DNA of 64,000 nucleotides from Takakia lepidozioides (taxonomy: Eukaryota; Plantae; Bryophyta), in NCBI GenBank assembly GCA_030704615.1, contig CM060734.1, positions 46,066,001 through 46,130,000 on the forward strand, given 5' to 3'. The translations under genes and the position numbers were made by a program. The stretch's first letter is position 1; every line of letters begins with the position of its first letter. Positions 24,400 through 38,604 of this stretch are shown in pieces. Below the pieces are notes generated by a model. The model was given only the letters and a program-made list of their open reading frames with translations. It was not told the origin of the DNA and searched no databases.

Positions 24400-25332
24400 A
24401 TGCAATTATCATCACACAAGAACTGGACGGCTATGGAGGTACATGTGTTAGCTGTCGCAAAGCGCCATGAGTGGGAGGCTTGGAAGGCCTCCAATTCGCG
24501 TGGCAACATGATGTGCGACAACGTAAAATGGGAGAGGGTAGTTGAAGTGTTGGAATCGCAGGGTGTGAGCGGGCGGGACGTTGCTGGGTGCACCACCAAG
24601 TGGCAGCATTTGTGCAAGCAGTACAAAGACATCTGGGGGCACCAACTCAATGCCACCGGCAACCGGGACTATTTCACGATGAGTTCCGATGAGCGCGTGG
24701 CGTTGGGACTTCCGAAGTCCTTCGCCAGGGACCTCTTTGAGGACATGAACTTCCTGGCTGAGCGTGCGTGCAACGCTCCCAAAGTGACATCAGCGAGCTT
24801 GAGGGTAACACCAATTGTTGCTCCTTTGCCCCCTGTAGACATAGATACATCGTTGCCTCATATGGAAGAGGAAGTACTACCCTATGCTAATAATGAGGCT
24901 GCACCTGCTCTACCATCATTGGATGGGATGGCCCATGTGCGGGTAGAGCATGATGAGGCGCCGATTCTTGCACGGGGTCGGCCTCCAGTGATGGGCCGGG
25001 AGAGGTATACCAACACCTCTCCCACACCCTTTACCAATTCGACAGGTAAGAAAAAGAAGGGAAGCACAACCAGTGCCGATCTACTCAAGGCCTTCAAGGA
25101 AGGGAATGAAGGTTTGTTCAAAAATATGGAGGAGGATAGGAAGGAGAGAATGGACAGGTTTGCCAAATCTTTTCAACTTCAAGATGACATCTTTAAATTT
25201 GAGGTTGAAAAAGCTAGAGCAACCTTAGCTACAGAGCAGGCAGCTTCAGGTAACCAGCGCACCATGGTGTCGCATTTTGGAAAGCTCGTTGAGCATTTTG
25301 GAAAGCTAGTTGAGAAGAAAGATGACGCCTAG
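24400..25332 (+). CDS. Myb/SANT-like (trihelix) DNA-binding protein, probably the accessory ORF of a PIF/Harbinger transposon
   Basis: Intact 310-aa ORF with NWTAMEVHVL..KWERVVEVL..GRDVAGCTTKWQHLCKQYK, a basic NLS-like KKKK and a C-terminal coiled-coil-like region. Convergent with a Harbinger transposase. Confidence 0.8.
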   Translation: MQLSSHKNWTAMEVHVLAVAKRHEWEAWKASNSRGNMMCDNVKWERVVEVLESQGVSGRDVAGCTTKWQHLCKQYKDIWGHQLNATGNRDYFTMSSDERVALGLPKSFARDLFEDMNFLAERACNAPKVTSASLRVTPIVAPLPPVDIDTSLPHMEEEVLPYANNEAAPALPSLDGMAHVRVEHDEAPILARGRPPVMGRERYTNTSPTPFTNSTGKKKKGSTTSADLLKAFKEGNEGLFKNMEEDRKERMDRFAKSFQLQDDIFKFEVEKARATLATEQAASGNQRTMVSHFGKLVEHFGKLVEKKDDA

Positions 25333-25559
25333 GGATATAGGGGATGACGCCTAGAAAGATACAGAATATGCAATCAAAGAACATAACAAGCTGCATGTGA
25401 CATATTCAAGTTGCTCTGTTTGTTTAAAGAGACAACTCTGACATTTTTGACATATGTTTTTGTATCTCATACTTGTATTCATGCAACTGTGCTTTGAAGT
25501 ACTGGACCTGACTGCTATGTTTCCTCATTAGACCCTTTTGCAGTGGCTGTGGGTTGTGT

Positions 25560-25830
25560 ATTGTGCCAGACGCTCCACTTAATACATGCCACCAACATGC
25601 GCGTGCAAAATGTGGTGGCGGGACTAAAAGTAAGCCCGCTTCGTGGAGGGTTATTTGGAATGATGTATGGCGTAAGGATAGGGCTGCAAAGATTATTGGA
25701 TTTCCTTGGAGACTGGTTAATAGAATCCTTCCAGTTACCCACCTCTCATCTGACTCCCTTTCTACCTGCCAATTCTGCTCAGTGCTAACTAAGGAAACGC
25801 TGGAGCACTTGTTTGTTTCCTGCCCAATCT
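25560..25830 (+). mobile_element. Degenerate L1-type LINE fragment (zf-RVT-like region)
   Basis: WRVIWN..KIIGFPWRLVNRILP..CQFC..ETLEHLFVSCP pattern. Confidence 0.6.
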
Positions 25831-26872
25831 GCTCTTGCAGGCGAGGAGCCTGAGGTCAACTGGCGCCACAAGCGCAGCTGTACTAGGAAGGCTAGAGCAA
25901 AAACCCACCTCTCTTTTGAGCCTAACTTAGCATGAAAGTGTAGTGCTCCCTCGTTCGGTTTCTATTAGGATGCTCTCCTGAACGCTGGTTCTACCCAGGC
26001 AGTGGCTCTCCTCGCAGCTTCTTTCAGGATCTCCCCCTGAGCTCTGGTTCGGAGCAGTGCCTCTTCTGGTGGTCTCTATGGCTTCCCCCGCATGGTTATT
26101 TTTTCTTTGCTTGTCCTCTTTTCAAACTATCAGTAAAGTTCTGAGGGCCTGTCCACTATTTCTTTTTAAAAGGACCCATATGATAAGTAGGTTCTCTCCC
26201 TTTCGCTGGCTTGGACCAGAAGTCACTAGGGAACTTTACATTCGGGTTCCACCTGAGATGCCATGCCACAGGGAGCTTATCAAGTGACAATTCCGTGACA
26301 CAAGCTAAGCTTGAAGTGTCCCATCAAAGTTCAAACTGTCAGAGGGGTCTGGGTGAAGAATCAAGTTATATCTACCACCATCACTGTAGTGCGTGGCATA
26401 ACCTTGCCCAATTGTACAGCATCACTTCACTGCACAATTCATGATGTTGCTTGGAATATAAATTGTACAGAGCACAACATTTACTACTTCTCAAGACAGG
26501 AGTTGTTCATGCCTGTAGACAGCTCTCTAAGGATGGACAATCCACCCTTCACAGAAATTCCACACCTGGAGGCAAACTCTAGCAAGTTGTACAAGGAGAC
26601 AATCAAAACTCCATCCAACAGCTCCACTCAACGAATCCCTACATCACCTTTACTAGCAATAAATCCTCACATTGATGAAGAGGTTGGTCCTTCAGTCTAG
26701 GCAGACCTGGAGGAAAAGAAATTATTCAATTACATCAAAGAAATGTCATCCTTAAATGACACCCTGACAAAAGGGTCTCATTCAGTAGCAAGCTCTCAAT
26801 CAAAATTACCATAAGTGCGCGCAGAGCAACCTAGGCACAAAACTAGACCCAAGTCTACAAAACTGGCTGATC

Positions 26873-27574
26873 TCAGTAACGGTAGTGGAAAGGTTTGTAG
26901 GGGCCCTCAACGGGCACACTGATGTAGGAGGCCTGATCAGGTGTCAACTTGGTGAGCTTGGCACCCAGTTTGTCCAGATGCAGGGCTGCCACCTTCTCGT
27001 CCAAATGCTTGGGCAGAACATACACTTTCTTCTCATACTTTCCAGTCTTACGCTCCTTCCACAACTCCAGCTGTGCAATCACCTGTGCCCAATCATTTAA
27101 ACCCCATCCAAAGAAACTATGTTAGGCAACATAAAGAATAGCAACGGTTTGGTAGAGGCCACATAGGTAGGGCAGTCGATACACTAATTGAAACACTTTT
27201 GCATGTAAATGTCAGAAAATGGATCGCACCTGGTTAGTGAACGAGCAGGACATGACAAAGCTGGGGTGGCCAGTTGCACAACCAAGGTTCATGAGGCGAC
27301 CCTCTGCCAAAATGATGACACCATGGCCATCAGGGAACACCCAGCGATCAGTCTGGGGTTTGATTGTGATGCGCTTGATGCCAGGAAATGTCTCCAAGCC
27401 CAACATATCAATTTCATTGTCGAAGTGACCAATGTTGCACACAATGGCATTATTCTTCATCTTTTTCATGTCACCCACCATGATGATGTCCTTGTTACCA
27501 GTAGTGTGACAAATATATCGGCCTCCCCAACCACATCGACCAGTGTCAATACTTGATAGCCTTCCATCAAAGCT
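26873..27574 (-). pseudogene. SAHH: S-adenosylhomocysteine hydrolase 3' gene fragment (two exons with intron retained)
   Basis: [13 protein letters not shown][T][53 protein letters not shown] | [32 protein letters not shown]. Intron ~27083-27229. No N-terminal exons upstream; transposase sequence lies there instead. Confidence 0.92.
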
Positions 27575-27619
27575 TCACAAAAAGTAAGCCTGCATAGAGC
27601 ACACAATCATGTGTTGATG

Positions 27620-28750
27620 ATGTGGTTGCACAATATCGCCCTCAAATCAGCACCAACTGTATGGCCCCTATTGACAACTGGTTCTTGACTGTGGGCAACT
27701 CGATCACGCTCCATGATGGCTGCCATGGCATCCATCTCATTGTAGATGCCCTCAAAGTCAACTTCCTTGAAATCAACCAAAAGATTATATAGGATGCAGC
27801 ATGAGTTCGCTCCTCCAACCCACCTCTTTGAAGGTGCCTTTCATTCAACCAAAGGCAATCTCCGAGAAAATTCTTGCCTTTAACAATTGGTGATTGAAGA
27901 CGGTTTTGGCTCTGGAGAGGACTGGAGCATTGGGAGCTCTTTTGTAACTAGGGATGAGCCAGGGGAGGGCAGGGTAGACTGCATCACCAATAAGGAGTGG
28001 TGGGATCTCGTGTCCATTGTCAAGAATGACATTCTCACCACGCAAAAGAGTGCCCTGTGATGCAGGATAGAAAAGGGGGGAGTTCCGTAACACCCTAGAG
28101 TCGTTCATACTGCCGGGCTCTCCAACATAGATATCCACAAACTTTGCATCTGGATCCACGACCCCTTGTAGAACCATTGAATAGTAACCATTTCTGTTCC
28201 TGTAATCAAATTTGATGTCATTGTTGGGGGCCTTGATTCTGATCTGTGTACAATCAATTGCACCGACAACATTCGGAATCCCTGATCTCTTCTCGTTTTC
28301 AAGCATCGATTTCTTGAGAGTCTCACCTCCTTGCCACTGTAGGTGGTGACCCAGGACAGAGATAATGGCAGGGACCACTTGTCGCAAAAGCTCATACAGA
28401 GTTGAACGACCAATTCCAAAAGCCTCGGTAATTTCTATTGTTGTGGCTGCCCACAGTAGTTTATAAAGCACTGCCCCTACTCTCATCGGTACAGGTAAGC
28501 TCCTCCGGTACCTAGTATCATGCATCTGTATAACCGGTGCAAGGGCATTGCACAACCAATCGAATGTGCCTGCACTCATCTTCATAATCTGCAGCCATCT
28601 CTCGTCATCATATTGCAAAAGAAAGTCCTCAAACCAAGCTCTCGATCTGTGCTTGATCCACATCCCTAAAGACATACCACCTCTCGGCTTGTAGTTCCTA
28701 ATGGTCCAGAACTGGCGCTGCAAAAAACTCCTACATGCAAGGAGTAACAT
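27620..28750 (-). mobile_element. PIF/Harbinger DDE transposase (HARBI1-like), C-terminus disrupted
   Basis: VGAIDCTQIRI, YYSMVLQGVVD, GSMNDSRVL, LLIGDAVYP and FNHQLLKARIFSEIAFG motifs, then a stop at 27845. Confidence 0.9.
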
Positions 28751-29739
28751 ATCTGGATCATCCTCCTTGGCTAGGTCAATATCATGACGAAGCAGAGTCG
28801 GTCATGCCTCTTGTGGGCGTCTCATCCCAAACAACTCTGGAGCCTGATCGAGCATGAACTGTATAAAGACAAGAATCTCTCCCATGGCAATAGCCAATTC
28901 GTTTGTCATATTGAAGTCTGAACTCATGAACCAGCAACACCTCTACTAGGGCAGTATTTAGATTGGCATCTTCTATGACTCCAACTTTGACAATGAACCC
29001 TGTAGATATGAGCATTCCAATGCTTGAGAACACATCTCAAGATGGATATCATACATCACTAACTTAGCTTGATCCACAGTATGGAGCATGAAAATGTAAA
29101 TGAAAATGTAGTCTCATGGAGTATCATTATTGCAGGCTATGCTCAGCATAGGTGTGGTAGGGAGGACCTCCAACTATTTGAACAAATGCAATGGATAAAA
29201 CATAGAGTTTGGACAGATCAGAGTTGTCTGTAAAACAGTCTCTTCTGCAAAGGGCTTGTGTGCAGCAGCTGGTGGGCCCAGAAGGAGCTTGTGCAATATC
29301 ATTGTGTTCCCTCCACTGGACACATAAGCATCATCAGACATTGAAAGACATTTCAAAAGGGATCGACCAGCCAAGCATGCCTGTCAAAACAGGGAGAAAC
29401 CTGCATGGAGCAATTCCAGAAAAAATTCTCACCTTTGCAACTCAGGAAGGCCTTTTGCTGTCTTCTAGCATCAAATCGTTGTGAACTCTACAGGCACCAA
29501 GCACCACAGCTCCCTCTTCCCTGCAGCCTTTCGCACTTGGTGATTGCTTGTCACTGACAAAAAGATAGCACAAGTCTCTCAAACTGACCTTCCATTGGAA
29601 CAGCAGTCTGAACGCGGCAGGGCCTGGGTCGTCAAGCCACTCCCACGGGCTCCGTCCACCATAGCCGCGGGAAGACGGGCGGGCAGCCCGATTTTTTTTT
29701 TTTTTGCGCTCCTGCTAACAAACTGCCGCGCGACGGTTT

Positions 29740-29853
29740 GTTAGTAGCCAGGTGCGGCCGCCGTTGAGGTTCCTGCCAGACCTGCTAGCTAGCCGGCGCG
29801 CTAGCTGCGGCTAGTGGCTTGCTAGCTAACCGGCAGGTGCGGCCGGGGCCTAA
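29740..29853. mobile_element. Probable Harbinger right terminus (…CAGGTGCGGCCGGGGCC|TAA) with GCTAGC subterminal repeats
   Basis: GC-rich GGCC-type end at 29850 followed by TAA, the PIF/Harbinger TSD type. CAGGTGCGGCCG is duplicated internally near 29749. The sequence switches abruptly to AT-rich beyond it. No matching left TIR seen. Confidence 0.6.
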
Positions 29854-30097
29854 GGATCCTAGTATTTAGTAAGTTAGTAGTCTAATTTATAATTGATATA
29901 GATTACATAATTACATGTATATGCTATCTAAAACAATTGGTACATCATTATTTTTGGGTCTTTCAATATTTAAAATTTGTGCTTTTTGTTTGGAGTTTAC
30001 GTTTAATTTCACATCAATTTGAATCACTATGGAGATAGTTTTTCTTGTATCGAATCATTATCTAGCAATTAGGTCATGCATTGTTCCCACCTTTTAA

Positions 30098-31388
30098 CCC
30101 TCAAGTGTCAAAACTCATTTTCACCCTCTCGTGGAAAACATGACCGTGGCCCACAAAAAACAAATTATCTATAGAATCTCTGTGTCCTTGTAAAACTGAC
30201 CGTTGGAATTACTTCTCACCTACCCCACCTCCTACCACAAAAAGTTTCACCAAAATCCAACTGCCAGATCAGAAGATTATGAAGTGTAGAGTGGGGACAA
30301 AAAAAATCTCCACTAAGAACTAGGTGCCAAAAAAAGCAGTTTTTTGCTCGTATTTGGGAATTTTTAATTTTTTCTATTTGAGAGTCTCAAGAATGTTGTT
30401 CCATACCTGATAACACACATTCTCAGAAAATTTAAGTTTTTTCTGAAATGTTCTCAAGTGGGCTCCTTTGTAGTGACAAATTGGGGGGTCAAAATATGCC
30501 ATTTTCTTTGGGCAGGCCAAAATATCTCTTCCTAAAATTATACAAACAAATTCAATCCCTAATCCCCCCGGTTGAAATGTCATGGGCTTCCACATGAAGT
30601 CCCCGAAAAACTTTGAGGCCAATCAGCCAATGCACCGCATCCTTAGGTTCCTTGCTCAATACTTCAAATGGCACACCTTTGGTATAGCCTAGGATATTTG
30701 GCAGGCCTAGGATATTTGGAGCCGTAGCCCAGAAGGTCGCGGGGTTTGGGAGCTCCTCTGGCTACCCGGCCCTGCTTTCATGGGGGGCCACTTCACCCTC
30801 AACCCTCTCAAACCCCCGCCCTAGGTTTGGCCCACCCCTCCTGGTGTTTTTCTTGAGCCCCGAGCTCTGCCGCCATCGCGGCTGCAATCCCTCCAACCCG
30901 CCCTGCATGGCGTTAGCCGGAGCTGCCATTCCCGTGGATTCAGGCTAGGGCCCAGGCCTGGGAATGCCCAGACCTGCGCCGGGCGCCATGCCCATGCCGG
31001 GCAATCATGGGGTTTGGGGGAGCGTGCCGCCCTAACCTTTATGGGGAATCTTTCAGTCACCCTAACCTGACCGCAGTTGCCATGTCAGCAACTTGGGCAG
31101 GTTAGGGGGGCCAAATTGGCCTCAAAAGCTGAGTGTGGCCCCTTCCTCCCTCTAGTTTCGTCTGCAAGGTTTGCGGTTAACAGGTTGTGCTGAACTCCAT
31201 TGAAGTTTCAGTTACTTTGAGGGTGAAGGAGCATGAGCGGCATGAGCATGAGCGGAAAAAAAAAAGCATGAGCAGACCATTGTGAGTCCACGGGCCAAAA
31301 TAAAGGCCAATCAGCCTTAACCACAAGAAGTTATGGCTGGTTAAAGAAACCTAATCAACCCAAAACGGGTCGGTTTGACACTTAAGGA
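30098..31388. mobile_element. Non-autonomous TIR element with TTAA target duplication (piggyBac-like ends)
   Basis: TTAA|CCCTCAAGTGTCAAA ... TTTGACACTTAAGGA|TTAA. The 15-bp TIRs match at 13 of 15 positions. No transposase ORF. Confidence 0.7.
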
Positions 31389-32217
31389 TTAAAACACCTT
31401 CAACAAAACATTGGTGAAACTGAAATAATTATGCCACATAGCTTCCTCCTTTGTGTATACTTCCTCAATTCAACATGTTACTATTTCAACTTCCATTTTC
31501 TGTTAAAATCCCAATACTTCCAAATAATGATACTTTTGATTGATGCAACACATGGAGCTAAATTTATGTTGAAATTTGCAATACTGCATTTAGAAAATCC
31601 ACCTTTACAGTAGAAAGATTTTCCACCTCGGCCTTCTTTTGTTTGATGTGATTGACCTCACACTCTCTTGGCAGTCAGAGTCGTTCAAACTGACAGGGTT
31701 CTCAGCTAACGACCCTCCATCATTGTAGAACCGCGCTTTGTAACTAGGATTGATCTGTGAATTTAAGCAGTACATCATGGACTTGGGTAACCCATAGTAC
31801 TAGCTACAAGTTAGACAACTGTAACAGGTGTTCTGAGAGCACCGTATGCGCCACACTGATTGGAAAATGCATCATACTGGCAGTTTTTCCTCTTTGACTG
31901 CATACATTGTTTGAGGTCTGATGCAGTTTTTGAGCTAGCAGACACTGACTGCCCACTTTCTGAAGTCTAAATTTCACTCCGTTAGTCGAGAATTTAAGCA
32001 TCTCTCTTTCGTTGGCTGTCAATCAAGACCCTGCTCTGCTGATCTGCTGTACTAGTAACGTCCTGAGTACACTCCTCCCAAGGGGTCCACAGTTTCAGGA
32101 TTTTAAGCTAGGTGCTCCGATTGCTCCAAGTTTCACATCGCTCTTCCTTCATTCTTATCCACCTCGCACATCAAGCTTGTCGTGTGACTGCCGAAAAGCA
32201 GATCATCAAGCAGCGCA

Positions 32218-34506
<2,289 letters not shown>

Positions 34507-34702
34507 TTTAGCAGCCTTATTATACCGATCAGAAGTTTCGTTAAAATGTAACTTAGTGTAAACTGCATGTACGTGAAGCTCAATTGATTGTAAATGTTTT
34601 CGAATCACGTTTGTAGAGCTCTACTAATTACTTCGCTCTTCTTTGGTCTATGTACAAGATCTTTGAAAGGCATATATAATAGGTAACTGTATACATAAGT
34701 CA

Positions 34703-35537
34703 GTGTGTCCGTTTAGAGCGCCAACCTTGCCGCCTCCTTTGGTTTGCACAATCATTCTCGGGAATGGAAATAGAAAACTAACAAAATGCGGAAGGTAGGC
34801 AAACACCTGCAGGAACAGAGCTGGAACAGAAAACTGGCTTTAACCTGTTATTTGGACGTAGCCTATCCTTACCTCCACAGCACTGTGCGTTTGTGATATG
34901 GGGCTTAGAAACCCAGATGAGTTGCTAAAGTAATTGAAGTTCGTGATCAAGGCCGCAACATGACTGGCCGTCCACACTAACAATTATTGATTCCTACTCT
35001 ACCGCCTGTTTTTGTGAGTCCATAACTCTTCTATTTTACTGAAGTGCTTGCGGCACCATTGTTCTTCACCAACACTTCGAGTTTCTGCCAACTTGATAGT
35101 CATATACAGTTCTATATACGTGGACAAGATCTTTTCAAGGCCAACCTTCCGGTAATCTTTATTGGCATAAATTAGGTACACAGGTCAGCGTGCCCGTTCA
35201 GAGCGCCAACGTTGCCGCTTGCAATCACATGTTCTAGAATGTAATGGAAAATCTAGAAATCTAGCGAATTCAGGAAGGTAGGCTAACACCTGGATCAACA
35301 CAAGACTGGCTTTAACCTGTTATTTGGACGTAGGCGTTCCTTTCGATATTGGAAAGCATTCAGGACAGCAAGTGTTCGCCATCTCAACGGGTTTGGGGCT
35401 CAGAAACCCAGATGAGTTGTTAAAGTAAAATTGAAGTTCGAGATCAAAACCGCAACACGGACACTAAAACTTATTGGAATTCATGTGATTCATACTCTAC
35501 CGGCGGCATACGATACCACCTGTTTTTGTGAGTCCAG
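34703..35537. repeat. Diverged direct duplication of the 3' end and 3' flank of the root-cap gene (~34703-35021 vs ~35189-35537)
   Basis: Shared blocks AGAGCGCCAAC, ACTGGCTTTAACCTGTTATTTGGACGTAG, AGAAACCCAGATGAGTTG and CCTGTTTTTGTGAGTCCA in the same order. Confidence 0.8.
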
Positions 35538-36695
35538 AAGCGCTGCATTTTATGCTCATGGAGGCTTGCATAGCAAGCTGCACATTGGGTTCGTCTGCAG
35601 TAGCAGAGAACTGGCTCATTTTGCAATCAGTCGACAGCAACGAGGAGCTTGAAAACTTGTCATCACCTCCCATGATGGGCATAGGCACACCCCTCTTCAC
35701 GGGGCTCTTGAAACCCGGTTGGTATGTCTGTCCCAACACACCGTCGACAGTGGGAGTCAAACTGTCGAAATTGAATTGCATGTCTAAATGAGCAAAGCAA
35801 TCTTCCTCGGTGATTTGGTAGTTGTGAACCTTGCTGTCCTCTGCAGTGATGGGCACTGCAACCAGAGAAACACTCATCTTTCCCTTAATGGTTATGTGCA
35901 CGCTGTTTGTTTCAGTGGTGCGCTGTACCGTGACCTCGCCTTCCCTGGAGGCCCAGAGTGAACTGTCACCTTCAGCAATCTCGAGGGGCATCCCGTCATA
36001 TGAGAACCAGAGCTGGTCGATTTTGTCGTCCCATGTGGCGACCTTCTTGACGGCAACAGTGAGACTATGAGAGTCAAACACAAAACCAAGGGCCTGCACC
36101 CATGTGTAATCCCGCAATCTGCCTTCGGGCCGCTTTCCAATGAAGTGAGCGTTGATATGAAGGTTTTTGTCAGACACCAGGCAGAAATCTTGGTCCTTCT
36201 TTCCGTGGAAGTAGAACATCACTCCATCACCTCCGATAAAACGAGGATCGTAACAGACCGCTCCATAATCGTAGCAATATGGGATGCGGTCTGCAACACA
36301 CAAGCACTAAATTCTTTAGAACTTAAATTGCTGTAAAAAAACAGAAAGCTGGGCTGACCTGTGCTGTACAAAGATAGAGATAACAAACTCAACAGAGCTA
36401 CAAAGCACGAGTGAGGAACGATAACATATTTATCTCGTTGCGGTGCAAGGGAATCAGGTGAAAACTTACGTCTGCAAGTTGCTTGACACGCATTGCAGTC
36501 AGCGAAGCAGGCCTTGTGGGAGGTTCCGTCTTCGGTCAGGCGCCTCGGACAAGAAGTGGGACAAGTCAACGTCTTGCAAGACTTTCGATTGCAATGCACC
36601 TTCTCCGGCTTGGCCATGATCTGTACCGGCGCCAGCTCCAGCATGGTCACTGCCACCATCAGTATTAGCAGAGGTAGGTACTGGGAGGCGGCCAT
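35497..36695 (-). CDS. Secreted root-cap / late-embryogenesis-related protein (Root_cap domain), 2 exons (36695-36470, 36290-35497), 339 aa
   Basis: Signal peptide MAASQYLPLLILMVAV and Cys-rich N-terminus. Motifs AVCYDPRFIGGDGVMFYFHGKKDQDFCLVSD, DCFAHLDMQF, GVLGQTY, MPIMGG and the GGIVCRR end. Confidence 0.93.
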
Positions 36696-38604
36696 GATTG
36701 ACGGTTGCTGCGAAATGGACAGTACGTGTACTCTTCCCTGGAGGAGGAGAAGGGAGGAAAGGAAGGACTCAGAATAGAAGAGCCAACTGTGTCCCTCCTC
36801 CTGTGAACCTACCCTTATATACACTCCTGCAGAGTCAAAGGGTTTAAAAGCTGGATTCCCAGATAGCTCGCTTTTACTCGAACATTCTCTTGCGAAGGTT
36901 ATTATAATAGCTTCCGAAAATGTAGAATGAGAACCTCTGGACCCGACCAATTAATTAATGGAATTCAAGTCCTCACGATTGTGATCGTGGAGAGTGGCCT
37001 TCCCCAGCCGGGCCAGCTCCATGCAAGTGGACCACCATCTACCTCATTCTGGACCCTCGATTGACATCACTGCGCGACTCATGCTGAGCTCATTTCATAG
37101 TACGTACATTCATGTGCATTTCTCTCAATGCGAGATGTACAACGCATTACCCAATAGTCTAGATCCATGACATGCTCCCATATCCCTACAAACCCATCTT
37201 CTCCGAAGAAGATTCGAATTCAAAGAGTTGTCTCTTCAGGACAACTACTGGAGTACATATTATACAAAAATATGAAATGCATACTGTCGTTTGACTGTAC
37301 CATACGTATATGAGGTACTACGGGTTTGTGTGGTCCATCATCGTTGTCACGATGCACGACCAAATATGCTGCCAAAGGTGCTTGGCGACTTTTTCAGCGT
37401 ATGTTTTGATGTGGGATCTCTCGCAGGATACAACCCTTATCTCATGTAATGTCAACGTATGTTACTTCCCTGTCTTAAATACGCTCAAATCTGTACGTTT
37501 CCTTGATTAGTCCAGGATGAGCTTTTGCTGTTGGTGTATGACGTGGTGGAGGGCTTATTATGGAGGTTATAGGTTGACGCCGAGCACCGACATCGAACAA
37601 TACTGCACGGTTGAGAGCGAGAGAGAAAGAGAGAGGCCTTGGCATTCAACACTGTCTGCAGTTCGTCCTAAGACATCCAGCTGACAAACCTACTCTGTGG
37701 GGCCAGCCTTAAGGAATATGACGGAATAGGAGGAAATTGACCAAACCTGCCACAGAAAACCGATCTTTGGCTGTTGTCATTCTCAGCTGCTCAGTGAATT
37801 AGCAGTCCACAGATTGAACATTCTATGGTACTAAATTGTGCTCACGTGCTGAAAATCTCCTTTAAGAATCTACATGTGCTCTTTTCTCGAGAATCTTTTC
37901 AGCTGGGGGAGCACAGATACACATAAGTTCTCAACAGTGCTTCGAACACTTAAGTATATCAGTTCATGCCCACGTCCCTATTGATGCTAACGTCACATCT
38001 GGACAAGAGATTCACTCACAGCTGAAGACACGATCATAATATCCTGTCAAAACCTCCACACATTCAACTCAACTACTGGTGCTTTTTGGCAAAAATTAGC
38101 GTAGGTCCAGTCTCTGAATTTAACGAAGTCACTAACAACCACTAGTGAACCAACTGCTCACTTGCAGAGGTGAACCTCTAGTCTTCTGCAGTTCTTATTT
38201 CTAATCCATCAGGGCTTGTGCATCAAAATCTTAGCTGCAGATCTGAAGACTATCCATGGAATGCCCTGTATAAGTCTAAATTTTCTGAAGAACCAAAAAG
38301 GACAAGCTCTCAGACTGTTGTAACTGAGGCTCATGATCACCATCAAGGTTTCCATCAAGGTGCTACTTCATCATCATGGCCTGGAGCACAAAAACTCACC
38401 TTTTGCCCAACCACAATTGAGGGAATAAACAAACAGAGTCTCTGTTAGTGCTTTAGGTGGCTATGCACACAGACCTATAATTTATTGCATATGAGATTCG
38501 TTGGAGTAAAACCTCCAACCACACTGTAAATGTCCTGAGAGATGGTTAACTTGTGTCCTGTCATAAAACGTAGTGTTGCCAACCCTGGCCAAAGGACAGC
38601 TTCA

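Noticed and set aside
16600-27574. DNMT plus SAHH as one co-functional methylation module
   Set aside because: They lie in different mobile elements separated by the retroelement's TSD, and SAHH is only a C-terminal fragment. The proximity is probably coincidental.
28782-29033. ORF with YDKRIGYCHG resembling the TBC/RabGAP IGYCQG motif
   Set aside because: Only one short motif and no supporting exons; cannot be supported without a search.
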